From positions 1-64,000 of the forward strand of contig NZ_JAALGD010000020.1 of NCBI RefSeq assembly GCF_011059135.1: a DNA stretch of 64,000 nt, read 5' to 3'. A program made the position numbers and the translations under genes. The notes beneath the pieces were generated by a model that worked only from the letters and a program-made list of their open reading frames with translations, was not told where the DNA came from and did not search any database. This DNA comes from Brevibacillus sp. SYP-B805. GTDB taxonomy: Bacteria > Bacillota > Bacilli > Brevibacillales > Brevibacillaceae. Shown in pieces: positions 25,699 through 34,512 of the stretch (position 1 is its first letter; each line of letters opens with the position of its first letter).

Positions 25699-26339
25699 GG
25701 CCGCATTCCCCCTTCCGCCGGGCCGCAGACGGAAAAGCCTTTTGCGGTCAAAAGGTCGAGCAGCGGGCGCGGATCAATGGTCTGCACGCGAAAGACGAGA
25801 ATCTTCTTCTGGGGCGCCGAACCGGGAGTGACGATGACGCTGCATACATTGACTCCCGCCTCGCGGAACACCTGGCTGACTTCCGCCAGTGACCCGGCGC
25901 GGTCTTCCACCTCCACTTCCAGATGCGAGCTTGGCTTGTGGACGCCGAACATTTCCACCAGACAGTTTAAAATGTCCGACTCCGTCACGATCCCCACCAG
26001 CCGGCCGCCATCCAGCACGGGCAAGGACCCCACCTTGTACTCGTACACGGTTTTGGCCGCGTCTTCGATAAAATCGAGCGGATGGGCGGTGATCACCCGC
26101 CTGGTCATGATCTCGCTCACCGTTTTGTGCAGTACCTGGCTGTCATCCTCATGGGTCAAGAGGGAGGAAGGCAGGGCATCGCGCAAATCCCGATCGGAGA
26201 CAATGCCGACGAGCTTGCCGTCTTCCAGCACGGGGAGATGGCGGATGCGGTTGCCCCGCAGAAGCGACAGGGCTTCTCCGATCGTGGTCGCGGTCGAGAC
26301 GGTTACCACCCGTTTGCGCATGATATCTTCGAGTCGCAT
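25695..26339 (-). CDS. acuB: Acetoin utilization protein AcuB (tandem CBS + ACT domain).
   Basis: CBS pair IMRKRVVTVS...HLPVLEDGKLVGIVSDRDL. It overlaps acuC by 4 nt. Confidence 0.8.
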   Translation of the reverse strand: MRLEDIMRKRVVTVSTATTIGEALSLLRGNRIRHLPVLEDGKLVGIVSDRDLRDALPSSLLTHEDDSQVLHKTVSEIMTRRVITAHPLDFIEDAAKTVYEYKVGSLPVLDGGRLVGIVTESDILNCLVEMFGVHKPSSHLEVEVEDRAGSLAEVSQVFREAGVNVCSVIVTPGSAPQKKILVFRVQTIDPRPLLDLLTAKGFSVCGPAEGGMRP

Positions 26340-26357
26340 GACAAACTACTCCCCTCG

Positions 26358-26990
26358 TTAATAGAACCTTCGATTCTGAAAGCGCATGGCGTCGAAGGCG
26401 GCGACGCTTTCCGCCGGAACCCGCTTGCCGATGCGGGCCATCAGGCAGTTGGCCGGATGGGCGCAAATTTCCGGATCATCGGTCGCCATCCAGACCATGC
26501 CGACGCTGCCCATCACTTTTTCCATCACTTTGCGGTACTGCCAGACGTCAAGCCCTGTGCCTTTCAAATCCCAATGCCAGTAATACTCGGTCGTAATGAC
26601 GATGTAATCTTCCATCGCGTCATCGAGAAACGAGACGTGCAGCAGCGTTTTTGCCACACCGCCACTCCGCACCTTGGCGCTTACCTCGATGGCTCCCAGC
26701 TCCAGCAGATTCTCCAGCTTTGCCTGCGACCAGCGCTCCAGCGGGTCGGGATGGAGAAACGTGACATAGCCCAGGACCAACTCCCCATCGCGGGCCACGA
26801 CAATCCTTCCCTCGGGCAGCCCGGCGATCTCCACCAGCGCCTTTTGCTGCTGTTCGGGCGGCCGGAATGCTGTCAGCCCGTCGTCAAAGCGCATGGCCGC
26901 CAAGCGCTCCGGCTCCACCGGTCCTTCCACCAGCAGGGATCTTCCGCCAGCTTCCATTTCGTGGGAATAATATCGCTTGGTGTGAATCAT
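26358..26990 (-). CDS. acuA: Acetoin utilization protein AcuA (GNAT protein acetyltransferase).
   Basis: ...GELVLGYVTFLHPDPLERW...LLELGAIEVSAKVRSGGVAKTLL...YYWHWDLKG. It is first in acuABC. Confidence 0.8.
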   Translation of the reverse strand: MIHTKRYYSHEMEAGGRSLLVEGPVEPERLAAMRFDDGLTAFRPPEQQQKALVEIAGLPEGRIVVARDGELVLGYVTFLHPDPLERWSQAKLENLLELGAIEVSAKVRSGGVAKTLLHVSFLDDAMEDYIVITTEYYWHWDLKGTGLDVWQYRKVMEKVMGSVGMVWMATDDPEICAHPANCLMARIGKRVPAESVAAFDAMRFQNRRFY

Positions 26991-27132
26991 GCAGGTGATT
27001 CACCTCGGTTTCCTTGAGATTCCTTCCACTTTCATTATAACGGAGCGGTGCGCTTTTCACTCCATGTCCGTTTGACAACTTTTTGCCCAGAGAGGAGCCA
27101 TCTTCTCATTGTATAGACAAAGTCTGTCCTGT

Positions 27133-27325
27133 CATGGATGATGGTTCCCGCTCGCTCTCTTGACGACCGGCGAGGAAGTGGGCTTTTGTCCGCTCCGAAA
27201 CGCGACGCGGGCAGGGGGCTCAACACATCCGGGTGTCTCAGGGATGTGAGACTCACGCCCCCCGTTTCCCCGCGTCTGCGTTTCTTCGCTGAGTCGGTCG
27301 TCAAAGGAGCTCGCGTAGGCCCCAT
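27133..27325 (-). repeat. Full-length copy (C) of the ~190-nt structured repeat, reverse orientation.
   Basis: Its reverse complement aligns with copy B over ~190 nt (catggcgtgatggggcctacgcgagctcctttgacgaccgac...gaaccatcatccatga) with about 10 substitutions, including compensatory-looking changes in the stem. Confidence 0.65.
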
Positions 27326-27556
27326 CACGCCATGACTCGAACGCTTCTGCAACTTCGTGAAAAGGGGGAGGAGCTCCCGTTCCTTTCTGGAACCTCCATG
27401 ATAGAGAGCATTGCAAAAAAGTTGCGAAGCATACCAAAATCACCTTGACAACAAAGCGAAGCAAAAAAGACGCCTCCGTTTTCCCATGAACGGAAGCGCT
27501 TTGCAATCCTTTTATGACGTAAAAGCCATCTCCTGTGAGGGGAGGATTCCGCCTTC

Positions 27557-30500
27557 CTATTCCGCACGGTATCCTGCCACGTTTTGGCTGGGCGGCGATT
27601 CCCCGTAGCTGTTGACGGCGGTCACATAATACCAGCCGTCCGCCGCTGCGTTTTGATGCACATAGCTGGTATCGGGCAGCGTTTCCAGCAGGATGAACCC
27701 GTTGACGGGATCGGGCGTGTAATAGACGTTGTAGGCGATCACATGCTCCTTCGCCGGATTTGCCTTCCACTGCAGCTTCAGGCCGCCGCTTACCTTTTTG
27801 ATCTTCAGGTCCTGCACAGCGGACGGTACGCCGGTCAGCGTGTCATCAGCAGGCTGCTCCTCGTGCTGAACGTCATCGCCATCCTGACCGGGGAGCGTCC
27901 CGTTTCCGGACGGTTCGGTCGGCGGAGTTTCCGGCAGCTGCCAATCGCTGAACGAGCCTGTCGACACGATGGCGGAAGGTGCGGACTCATGGCCGGCGAC
28001 ATCGACGGCCGTCACGTAGTAGCCCGTCTCCGACAAGGCTGCGGTCGTATCCGTAAAGGTCAGGGTGGCCGGGTTTTTCACTGTTGCCAGATGGCCGAAT
28101 CCGCTTTCCGCATTGGCCCGGTAGATCCGGTAGCCGAGGAGGTCGGGCTCCCCGCCCGATTTCCATGTCAGCACAACCCCTGCCGGCGATTTGCTGACGG
28201 TCAAGCCGCTCGGAGCAGCCGGAGCACCCGGTTGATCGGTGCGCGGATCCTCCAGCTCCGGCAAACGCTGATCCCAGTCCGGCGGGCGGATCGGCACATT
28301 GAGGTTCAAAGCCTTGATCTGCTCGGCCGTTACCAGCTGCGGGTCAGGGCTGCGGAAAAAGATGCCTTCCGTAACAAAATCGGCCGGTGTCCCTTCTTTC
28401 GCCAGGTAGCGGTTGTCGCCCACGACCACCACGCGCGCTTTTTGATGGCTGTCGTCCGTTTTCGTCGGCACGAATTTGCGGTTGAACAGATCGGTGATCA
28501 GGTGTTTCGCTTCCTTCGACAGCTCGCTGGGCAGCAGGCCGGATTTGCTGTCCACCGTCATGCTGACGATGCCGTCCGGTTTGGCAAACACGGCCGTCGG
28601 CGGGGAGAGGGACGGTTTCTTTTCCATCACCGCTTTCATCACTTTGCCCCAGACGGTCATCGGCCGGTACTTCTCCGAGTCAGGCATCGGCCGCGGCTCA
28701 TCGTACCCGACCCAGATGCCCATCGACACCTCGGGCGTGTACCCGACGAACCAGAGGTCATTGGATTGGTTGGTTGTCCCGGTTTTGCCCGCTACATCAA
28801 CGCTGCGTGGGACATACTTGCGAATGTGGGTACCGGTTCCCGCGTTCACCACGGTTCGCATCATGTCGGTCATCAGATAGGCGGTCTGCTCGCTGAATAC
28901 CGGTACCGGCTGGATCTCGTGCCGGTAAATCACCTTGCCGCTGCTGTCTTCGATCCGGTCAATCATGTACGCGTCGACAAACGACCCATGGTTGGCAAAG
29001 GTGGCGTAGGCATTGGTAATCTCCTCGGCAGTCAGTCCGTACGTAAGGCCGCCGATCGCCCCCGTGGCCGCGTAATTATCCTCTTCGACCAGCGTGGTAA
29101 CGCCCATTTTCTTGACATACTCCAGAGCGGTCGGAATGCCCACTTTCAGGTAGGTCTTGATGGCGGGCACGTTCCACGACATGCGCAGGGCTTCCCGCGC
29201 GCTCATGATGCCGTGAAACTTCTTGTCCCAGTTGAGCGGCAGATGGCTGCCCTTTTCGCCGTCCGCCAGCAGCAGCGGGGAATCGTCGATGGGAGAGCCC
29301 GGCTGCAGATACCCCAGTTCAAACGCGGGGGCATAAGCGGCAAGGGGCTTCATCGCCGATCCGGGCTGGCGCGGTACGGTGGCATGGTTGGTCTGTTCCA
29401 CATGGAAGTCACGGCCGCCGATAAAGCCCAGAATGGCGCCGGTCTTGTTGTTGATCATCATGCCGCCGACTTCTTCCAGCGCATTCTCGATCCGCTCCGT
29501 TTTTCCGTTGGAGCGGCGGACGGTGTAGGAGACGGGCTTGGCGAAGTTGGACGGATCGCTCGCCACGTCCTGCATGATCTGCTGAACATCCTTGTCGATG
29601 GTGGTGTAGATTTTATAACCGTTGCGCAGAATCTCCCTGCGCTTCTCTTCGACCAGCTGGCGGTATTCATTGTGGTCAACCGTGGACTTGTCCCGTCCTT
29701 CCTGCGCAAGCTGGGTGTCCACCAGGGCTTCCGCCGCGCGTTCCTCCAGCTCCATCATCAGGTACGGATGGCTGTTGTAGGCACGGGGGGAAGGTTTGGC
29801 CAGCGCCGCTTTCAGATTGGCATTCAGGGCTTCGTCATACTGGGCCTGATTGATATACCCGTTCTCCAGCATGCGGTCCAGCACCATCTTTTGCCGCTCT
29901 TTCCCGCGCTGATACCCGGCGGCGGAAAACGGATTGTAGTTGCCTGGATTCTGGATCATCCCGGCGATATAGGAGGCTTCCGACAGGTTCAGGTCTTTGG
30001 CATCCTTGTCAAAAATCCCTTTGGCGGCGGCTTGTACCCCGTAGATGTTGGTGCCGTTGGCGCTTTTGCCGAAATACACTTCGTTCATGTACGCTTCGAG
30101 GATCTGATCCTTGGAAAACATGCGCTCGATGCGCAGCGCATTGAAAATCTCCTTTGCTTTCCGCTTGTGGCTGACCTCCGGCGTGAGGATGGTCAGCTTG
30201 ACGAGCTGCTGGGTCAGCGTGCTGCCGCCGGTGACGATCGGCTGGTTGGTGAAGTCCTGATAGGCACCCCGCAGCGTCGACAAGGGAGATACGCCGTGGT
30301 GGGTGAAGAAATTCTTGTCCTCCGTGGCGATGATCGCATTGATCAAATAAGGGGAAACGTCCGATTTTTTCACCAGCCGGCGGTCTTCATCGGGCGTCCG
30401 CAGCTGGCCGATCAGCGTGTTGTCATTGTAGTACGCGAAGCCCGTCAAATCGTTGCTGAAGATTTTCCTATGTATTTCATCATAACTGCGCACAGGTTCG

Positions 30501-30688
30501 TCTTTGACGAGAGAGGCGACGTAACCGGTCACAATCCCTCCGGCAAGAAAGATGGCCATAAACCCGAGAAGCAGGATCAGCTGCAGGACCAGGAAGACGG
30601 TCCGTCTCCTGCTGTTCCGGCGCCGCTTTTTTTTCGGCGCGTCCGAGGTAGGCGAATGGTTGTTTGGCATATGAGTACGACCCCCCAT
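27557..30688 (-). CDS. ponA: Class A penicillin-binding protein (PBP1A/1B; glycosyltransferase + transpeptidase) with C-terminal fibronectin type-III repeats (1043 aa).
   Basis: An N-terminal TM segment is followed by the GT51 motifs (ATEDKNFFTHHG, RIERMFSKDQILEAYMN). The transpeptidase has SAMKP...SWN...KTGTT. The C-terminus has two FN3-like repeats. Confidence 0.85.
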   Translation of the reverse strand: MGGRTHMPNNHSPTSDAPKKKRRRNSRRRTVFLVLQLILLLGFMAIFLAGGIVTGYVASLVKDEPVRSYDEIHRKIFSNDLTGFAYYNDNTLIGQLRTPDEDRRLVKKSDVSPYLINAIIATEDKNFFTHHGVSPLSTLRGAYQDFTNQPIVTGGSTLTQQLVKLTILTPEVSHKRKAKEIFNALRIERMFSKDQILEAYMNEVYFGKSANGTNIYGVQAAAKGIFDKDAKDLNLSEASYIAGMIQNPGNYNPFSAAGYQRGKERQKMVLDRMLENGYINQAQYDEALNANLKAALAKPSPRAYNSHPYLMMELEERAAEALVDTQLAQEGRDKSTVDHNEYRQLVEEKRREILRNGYKIYTTIDKDVQQIMQDVASDPSNFAKPVSYTVRRSNGKTERIENALEEVGGMMINNKTGAILGFIGGRDFHVEQTNHATVPRQPGSAMKPLAAYAPAFELGYLQPGSPIDDSPLLLADGEKGSHLPLNWDKKFHGIMSAREALRMSWNVPAIKTYLKVGIPTALEYVKKMGVTTLVEEDNYAATGAIGGLTYGLTAEEITNAYATFANHGSFVDAYMIDRIEDSSGKVIYRHEIQPVPVFSEQTAYLMTDMMRTVVNAGTGTHIRKYVPRSVDVAGKTGTTNQSNDLWFVGYTPEVSMGIWVGYDEPRPMPDSEKYRPMTVWGKVMKAVMEKKPSLSPPTAVFAKPDGIVSMTVDSKSGLLPSELSKEAKHLITDLFNRKFVPTKTDDSHQKARVVVVGDNRYLAKEGTPADFVTEGIFFRSPDPQLVTAEQIKALNLNVPIRPPDWDQRLPELEDPRTDQPGAPAAPSGLTVSKSPAGVVLTWKSGGEPDLLGYRIYRANAESGFGHLATVKNPATLTFTDTTAALSETGYYVTAVDVAGHESAPSAIVSTGSFSDWQLPETPPTEPSGNGTLPGQDGDDVQHEEQPADDTLTGVPSAVQDLKIKKVSGGLKLQWKANPAKEHVIAYNVYYTPDPVNGFILLETLPDTSYVHQNAAADGWYYVTAVNSYGESPPSQNVAGYRAE

Positions 30689-30759
30689 TTAACGACCTCA
30701 TTATACCATATCTGCCATAAGGGGGATATACAAACTCCCTCGCGGAAAGAGGCGGTGCC

Positions 30760-31050
30760 ATTGACAGAGCGGGTTTCGCTGTGTTACATATATGGCGAAT
30801 GGATGTTGGAAAACAGGGCGTTGAAAGACGAGAGTAGCAGGGCAGATCGCCATGAAGAGAGCTGGTGGATGGTGCAAACCAGCGGCGCCGCCTTTGTGAA
30901 TTACACGTCTGGAGCCAGCCGGACCCCACCGGACGGATCAGGCCGTTATCCTGTCGAGCGGAAAAGGTGCAGCGCGCCTTTTCAACTAGGGTGGTACCGC
31001 GAGAGCAATCTCGTCCCTATAGGGGGCGGGATTTTTTATTTTCAAGAAAA
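30760..31050 (+). promoter_or_regulatory. T-box riboswitch leader of tyrS (Tyr specifier UAC).
   Basis: AGAGA/GA-motif region around 30825. Specifier loop gaatTACAcg (UAC at 30902-30904, followed by a purine). Conserved T-box AACTAGGGTGGTACCGCG at 30983-31000. A hairpin plus T-run sits at about 31013-31045. Confidence 0.8.
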
Positions 31051-31113
31051 GTGTGCCCCGTCCGACTTCCCGAAGGCTTTCGGCGGGCGGGAAAAAAGGA
31101 GTGGACAGCCAAC

Positions 31114-32385
31114 ATGGAACAAGAGATCAAGACCGAAACCTACAACCTGACGCCCGAGCAGCAGCAGGAGGTGGAGCGTCAGCTCGCCATTCTCAAAAGA
31201 GGGGTGGTGGAGATCATCCCGGAAGACGAACTGCGCCGCAAGCTGGAGCGGTTCGTGGCTACCGGAAGGCCGCTGAAGGTGAAGCTGGGCCTCGACCCGT
31301 CCGCCCCCGACATTCACGTCGGGCATACGGTCGTGCTCCAGAAGCTGCGCCAGTTCCAGGAGCTGGGGCATCATATCCAGCTGTTGATCGGCGACTTTAC
31401 CGGCCGGATCGGCGACCCTACCGGAAAGTCGGAGACGCGCAAACAGCTGAGCGAAGAGCAGATCAAGGTAAACGCACAAAGCTATGTGGAGCAGTTCGGC
31501 AAGGTGCTGGACACGAGCAAGGTGGAGGTCGTGTTCAACTCGACGTGGCTTGCGCCGCTCACCTTTGCCGACGTGGTGCAGCTGGCCGCCAAGACGACGG
31601 TGGCCCGGATGCTGGAGCGCGACGACTTCGAGAAGCGCTACCAAAGCGAGCAGCCCATCTCGCTGCATGAATTCTTCTATCCGCTGATGCAGGGGTACGA
31701 TTCCGTGGCGCTGGACTGCGACGTGGAGCTGGGCGGAACGGATCAGAAATTCAACCTGTTGATGGGCCGCCATCTGCAGAAGGAGTACGGGCAGGAACAG
31801 CAGGTGATCATTACGATGCCGCTGCTGGAGGGGCTTGACGGCGTACAGAAGATGTCGAAGAGCCTGGGGAACTACATCGGCGTCAACGAACCGCCGAATG
31901 AAATTTACGGCAAGGCGATGTCCGTGCCGGATGAGCTGATGCTGCGTTATTTTGAATTGGCTACCGACCTTTCCGCCGACGAGCTGGAGGCGTTGAAGAA
32001 GGGGCTTGCCGACGGGACGATTCATCCCCGCGACGCCAAAATGCGCCTGGCCAAAACGTTTGTGCGGATGTTTCATGGCAGCGAGCAGGCGGAAGAGGCG
32101 GAAGAATACTTCAAGACGGTCTTCCAACAGCGGGCCCTGCCGACCGATCTGCCGGAAGCAACGCTCGCTCTCTCCGCCTATGAGAATGGGGAAGCCAATA
32201 TCGTCAACCTGCTGTTTGATCTGAAGCTGGCCGACTCCAAAGGGGAGGCCCGCCGCATGGTGCAGCAGGGGGCCGTGAAAGTAAACGAGGAAAAAATCAC
32301 AGACATCCATGTTGCGGTGAAACTGGAAGAGGGCATGGTGGTCCAGGTAGGGAAGCGCAAGTTCGCAAAGGTGAAGTTGTCCTAA
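31114..32385 (+). CDS. tyrS: Tyrosyl-tRNA synthetase.
   Basis: HIGH motif region ([10 protein letters not shown]) and KMSKS ([11 protein letters not shown]). There is a C-terminal S4-like domain. AAAGGAG RBS. Confidence 0.9.
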   Translation: MEQEIKTETYNLTPEQQQEVERQLAILKRGVVEIIPEDELRRKLERFVATGRPLKVKLGLDPSAPDIHVGHTVVLQKLRQFQELGHHIQLLIGDFTGRIGDPTGKSETRKQLSEEQIKVNAQSYVEQFGKVLDTSKVEVVFNSTWLAPLTFADVVQLAAKTTVARMLERDDFEKRYQSEQPISLHEFFYPLMQGYDSVALDCDVELGGTDQKFNLLMGRHLQKEYGQEQQVIITMPLLEGLDGVQKMSKSLGNYIGVNEPPNEIYGKAMSVPDELMLRYFELATDLSADELEALKKGLADGTIHPRDAKMRLAKTFVRMFHGSEQAEEAEEYFKTVFQQRALPTDLPEATLALSAYENGEANIVNLLFDLKLADSKGEARRMVQQGAVKVNEEKITDIHVAVKLEEGMVVQVGKRKFAKVKLS

Positions 32386-32411
32386 AGGGATTATGACCAG
32401 GAGGGGACAGG

Positions 32412-32876
32412 ATGAAAGCGTTGATCGCCGAGTATGGAAGAGGATACGACTTGCTGCGGGAAGCAATCGACGGCTTGAGCGAGGAGGAGCTGCGCTTCAA
32501 GCCGGCACCGGACAAATGGAGCATTCACGAGATTCTTGTGCACGTGGCCGATGCGGAAGTGGTGGGGGTGCAGCGGATGAAAAAGGTATTGGCGGAAGAG
32601 AAGCCCCTCCTCACCTCCTTTGACCAGGACGCATGGGCCAACGGCTTAACCTACGAGCAGCTGGATCGCGAACAGTATCTGCAGCTCTTCAAATTGCTGC
32701 GGGAGAGCATGCAGCCCATCCTGGCCAGGCTGACGCCCGAACAGTGCGAACGGGTCGGCATTCACGACGAAGCGGGACCGCTCACTTTCCGCCAACTGCT
32801 GGAACGGTATGTCAACCACGTCCGCGATCATCTGGGACAGATCGAGCGGGTGAAGAGAGCCTGCCGGGAGAGATGA
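32412..32876 (+). CDS. DinB/YfiT-family protein (154 aa).
   Basis: ...WSIHEILVHVADAEVVGVQRMKK...RYVNHVRDHLGQI is a DinB_2 four-helix-bundle signature. Confidence 0.65.
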   Translation: MKALIAEYGRGYDLLREAIDGLSEEELRFKPAPDKWSIHEILVHVADAEVVGVQRMKKVLAEEKPLLTSFDQDAWANGLTYEQLDREQYLQLFKLLRESMQPILARLTPEQCERVGIHDEAGPLTFRQLLERYVNHVRDHLGQIERVKRACRER

Positions 32877-32973
32877 TCCAGGTGATGGAGGGCGGAGAAG
32901 CGAAGAGGGGAGGAATCCGCAGAAAACGGACTCCTCCCCTCTTTTTGCGCTTAAGACGACGGAGTTATTTCCT

Positions 32974-33303
32974 TCACAACGATTGCAAGAATTGATGCAG
33001 CCGTTCCCTGGCCAATTTCCGGTCCCCCTGGATCTTAAACAGGATATCCAGGTGGCTTCGGTCCCCCAGTGCCAGCCGGGTGGAGTGATACAGCGTGGGT
33101 TTCTCCGCTTGCAGCGAGATCATGACTTCGGAAGTAGGAGGGATCACGACCCGCACGCGCAGAAGCCGGTGCAGATAAACCGCCAATTGCCGGATGGTGG
33201 GGAGATCGTCCGTGTCCGGCATATTCATGATGGACTCGATGAGCCGCTTTACTTCCTTCTTCTTTTCTTCCGTCAAGTCGGTGTAGGATTCTTTCATCGC
33301 CAA
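32974..33303 (-). CDS. Hypothetical protein (109 aa).
   Basis: ORF with a plausible start. I recognise no family. Confidence 0.35.
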   Translation of the reverse strand: MAMKESYTDLTEEKKKEVKRLIESIMNMPDTDDLPTIRQLAVYLHRLLRVRVVIPPTSEVMISLQAEKPTLYHSTRLALGDRSHLDILFKIQGDRKLARERLHQFLQSL

Positions 33304-33437
33304 TCGCCTCTACTCGAAGTCTTCTCTCTTCTCTCTTCTCTATTCGTTATACCATATTTTTCTCAATTTTTGGAACAGGGGAGCAAAAAAAGAAGCAGGG
33401 CCCATGGAGAACCCGGCTTCTTTTACGCTTCTGTCGA

Positions 33438-34034
33438 TTAACGGCTGTAGAACTCGACGATCAGCTTTTCGTTGATTTCAGCAGGCATTTCTTCACGGTC
33501 AGGCAGACGGGTGAAGGTGCCTTCCATTTTGTTGTCATCGAAGCTGATGTAGTTCGGCAGGAAGGTGCGTGCTTCCAGGGATTCTTTCACGATCGCCAGG
33601 TTGCGGGATTTCTCGCGCAGGCTGATCACATCGCCCGGCTGCACACGATAGGAAGGAATGTTTACCTTCTTGCCGTTTACGAGGATATGCGCATGGCTTA
33701 CCAGTTGGCGGGCTGCCGGACGGGTAGGTGCGAAGCCCATGCGATATACCACATTGTCCAGGCGGGATTCAAGCAGTTTCATGAAGTTTTCGCCATGTAC
33801 GCCCGGCATTTTGGAAGCCTGCTCGAACGTGCGGCGGAATTGCTTCTCGCTAACGCCGAACATATGGCGCAGTTTTTGTTTCTCTTGCAGCTGGATCCCG
33901 TACTCGCTCAGCTTGCGGCGGTTGTGGCCATGCTGACCGGGGGGGAAGTTGCGTTTCAGATCTTTGCCTGTACCGTCGAGAGAGATGCCCAGACGGCGAG
34001 CCAGTTTGTGGCGAGGACCAGTGTAACGTGCCAT
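33438..34034 (-). CDS. rpsD: 30S ribosomal protein S4.
   Basis: [19 protein letters not shown]...GQHG...[13 protein letters not shown]... is canonical S4. Confidence 0.95.
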   Translation of the reverse strand: MARYTGPRHKLARRLGISLDGTGKDLKRNFPPGQHGHNRRKLSEYGIQLQEKQKLRHMFGVSEKQFRRTFEQASKMPGVHGENFMKLLESRLDNVVYRMGFAPTRPAARQLVSHAHILVNGKKVNIPSYRVQPGDVISLREKSRNLAIVKESLEARTFLPNYISFDDNKMEGTFTRLPDREEMPAEINEKLIVEFYSR

Positions 34035-34200
34035 GAATTCATTCTCCTTTAAAGTAAGATTCTCAGGTGTTTACTTCCGGAAGGCTAGTTCCATCTTTGC
34101 CTACACGAACTTCGGACGGTAGCGTTTCCGCATCGTGCTCCTCATGGGGATTCAGCCGCTGCCCATAAAGGGATGAAACTACGAGGGTCGACCTCCCGTT
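34035..34200 (-). promoter_or_regulatory. rpsD 5' leader, a probable S4 autoregulatory leader region.
   Basis: A long structured untranslated region lies upstream of rpsD, as in Bacillus. I have not modelled it in detail. Confidence 0.3.
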
Positions 34201-34282
34201 TTTACCTGCAATCATTGCTACCCTGTACACATACAGTCAATATTATAGCGCCGAAGGGAGCAAAGTCAAGAGAAAATCTTGG

Positions 34283-34378
34283 GTGAGCCCCCGCCCGCGT
34301 CGCGTTTCGGAGCGGAGACTGCCAACTTCTTTGCGGGTCGTCAAGAGAGCGAGCAGGAACCATCACCCATGATCGACG
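34283..34378 (+). repeat. Truncated copy (D) of the ~190-nt structured repeat.
   Basis: tgagcccccgcccgcgtcgcgtttcggagcggagactgccaacttctttgcgggtcgtcaagagagcgagcaggaaccatcacccatga. The internal loop region diverges from the other copies. Confidence 0.6.
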
Positions 34379-34424
34379 GATTTTGTCTGCACACTGGGGT
34401 TTTCTAAGTATATCGAAAGGTTTA

Positions 34425-34512
34425 AATCCTTTAAAGCAATAAAGCAAAGTAACTAAGGTTGGGGGCCCCCGCCGACACCAGCGTTAGCTTGAGTCGGCGG
34501 GGTTTCTCTTAT
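34425..34512. repeat. Minimal GC-rich palindromic repeat with an AT-rich flank (R7).
   Basis: ctttaaagcaataaagcaaagtaactaaggttgggggcccccgccgacaccagcgttagcttgagtcggcggggtttc. Confidence 0.6.

Noticed and set aside
27584-31150. 1188-aa plus-strand ORF.
   Set aside because: It is antisense to the PBP1A gene, which has clear GT51 and transpeptidase motifs. The translation is Arg/Gly/His-rich nonsense.
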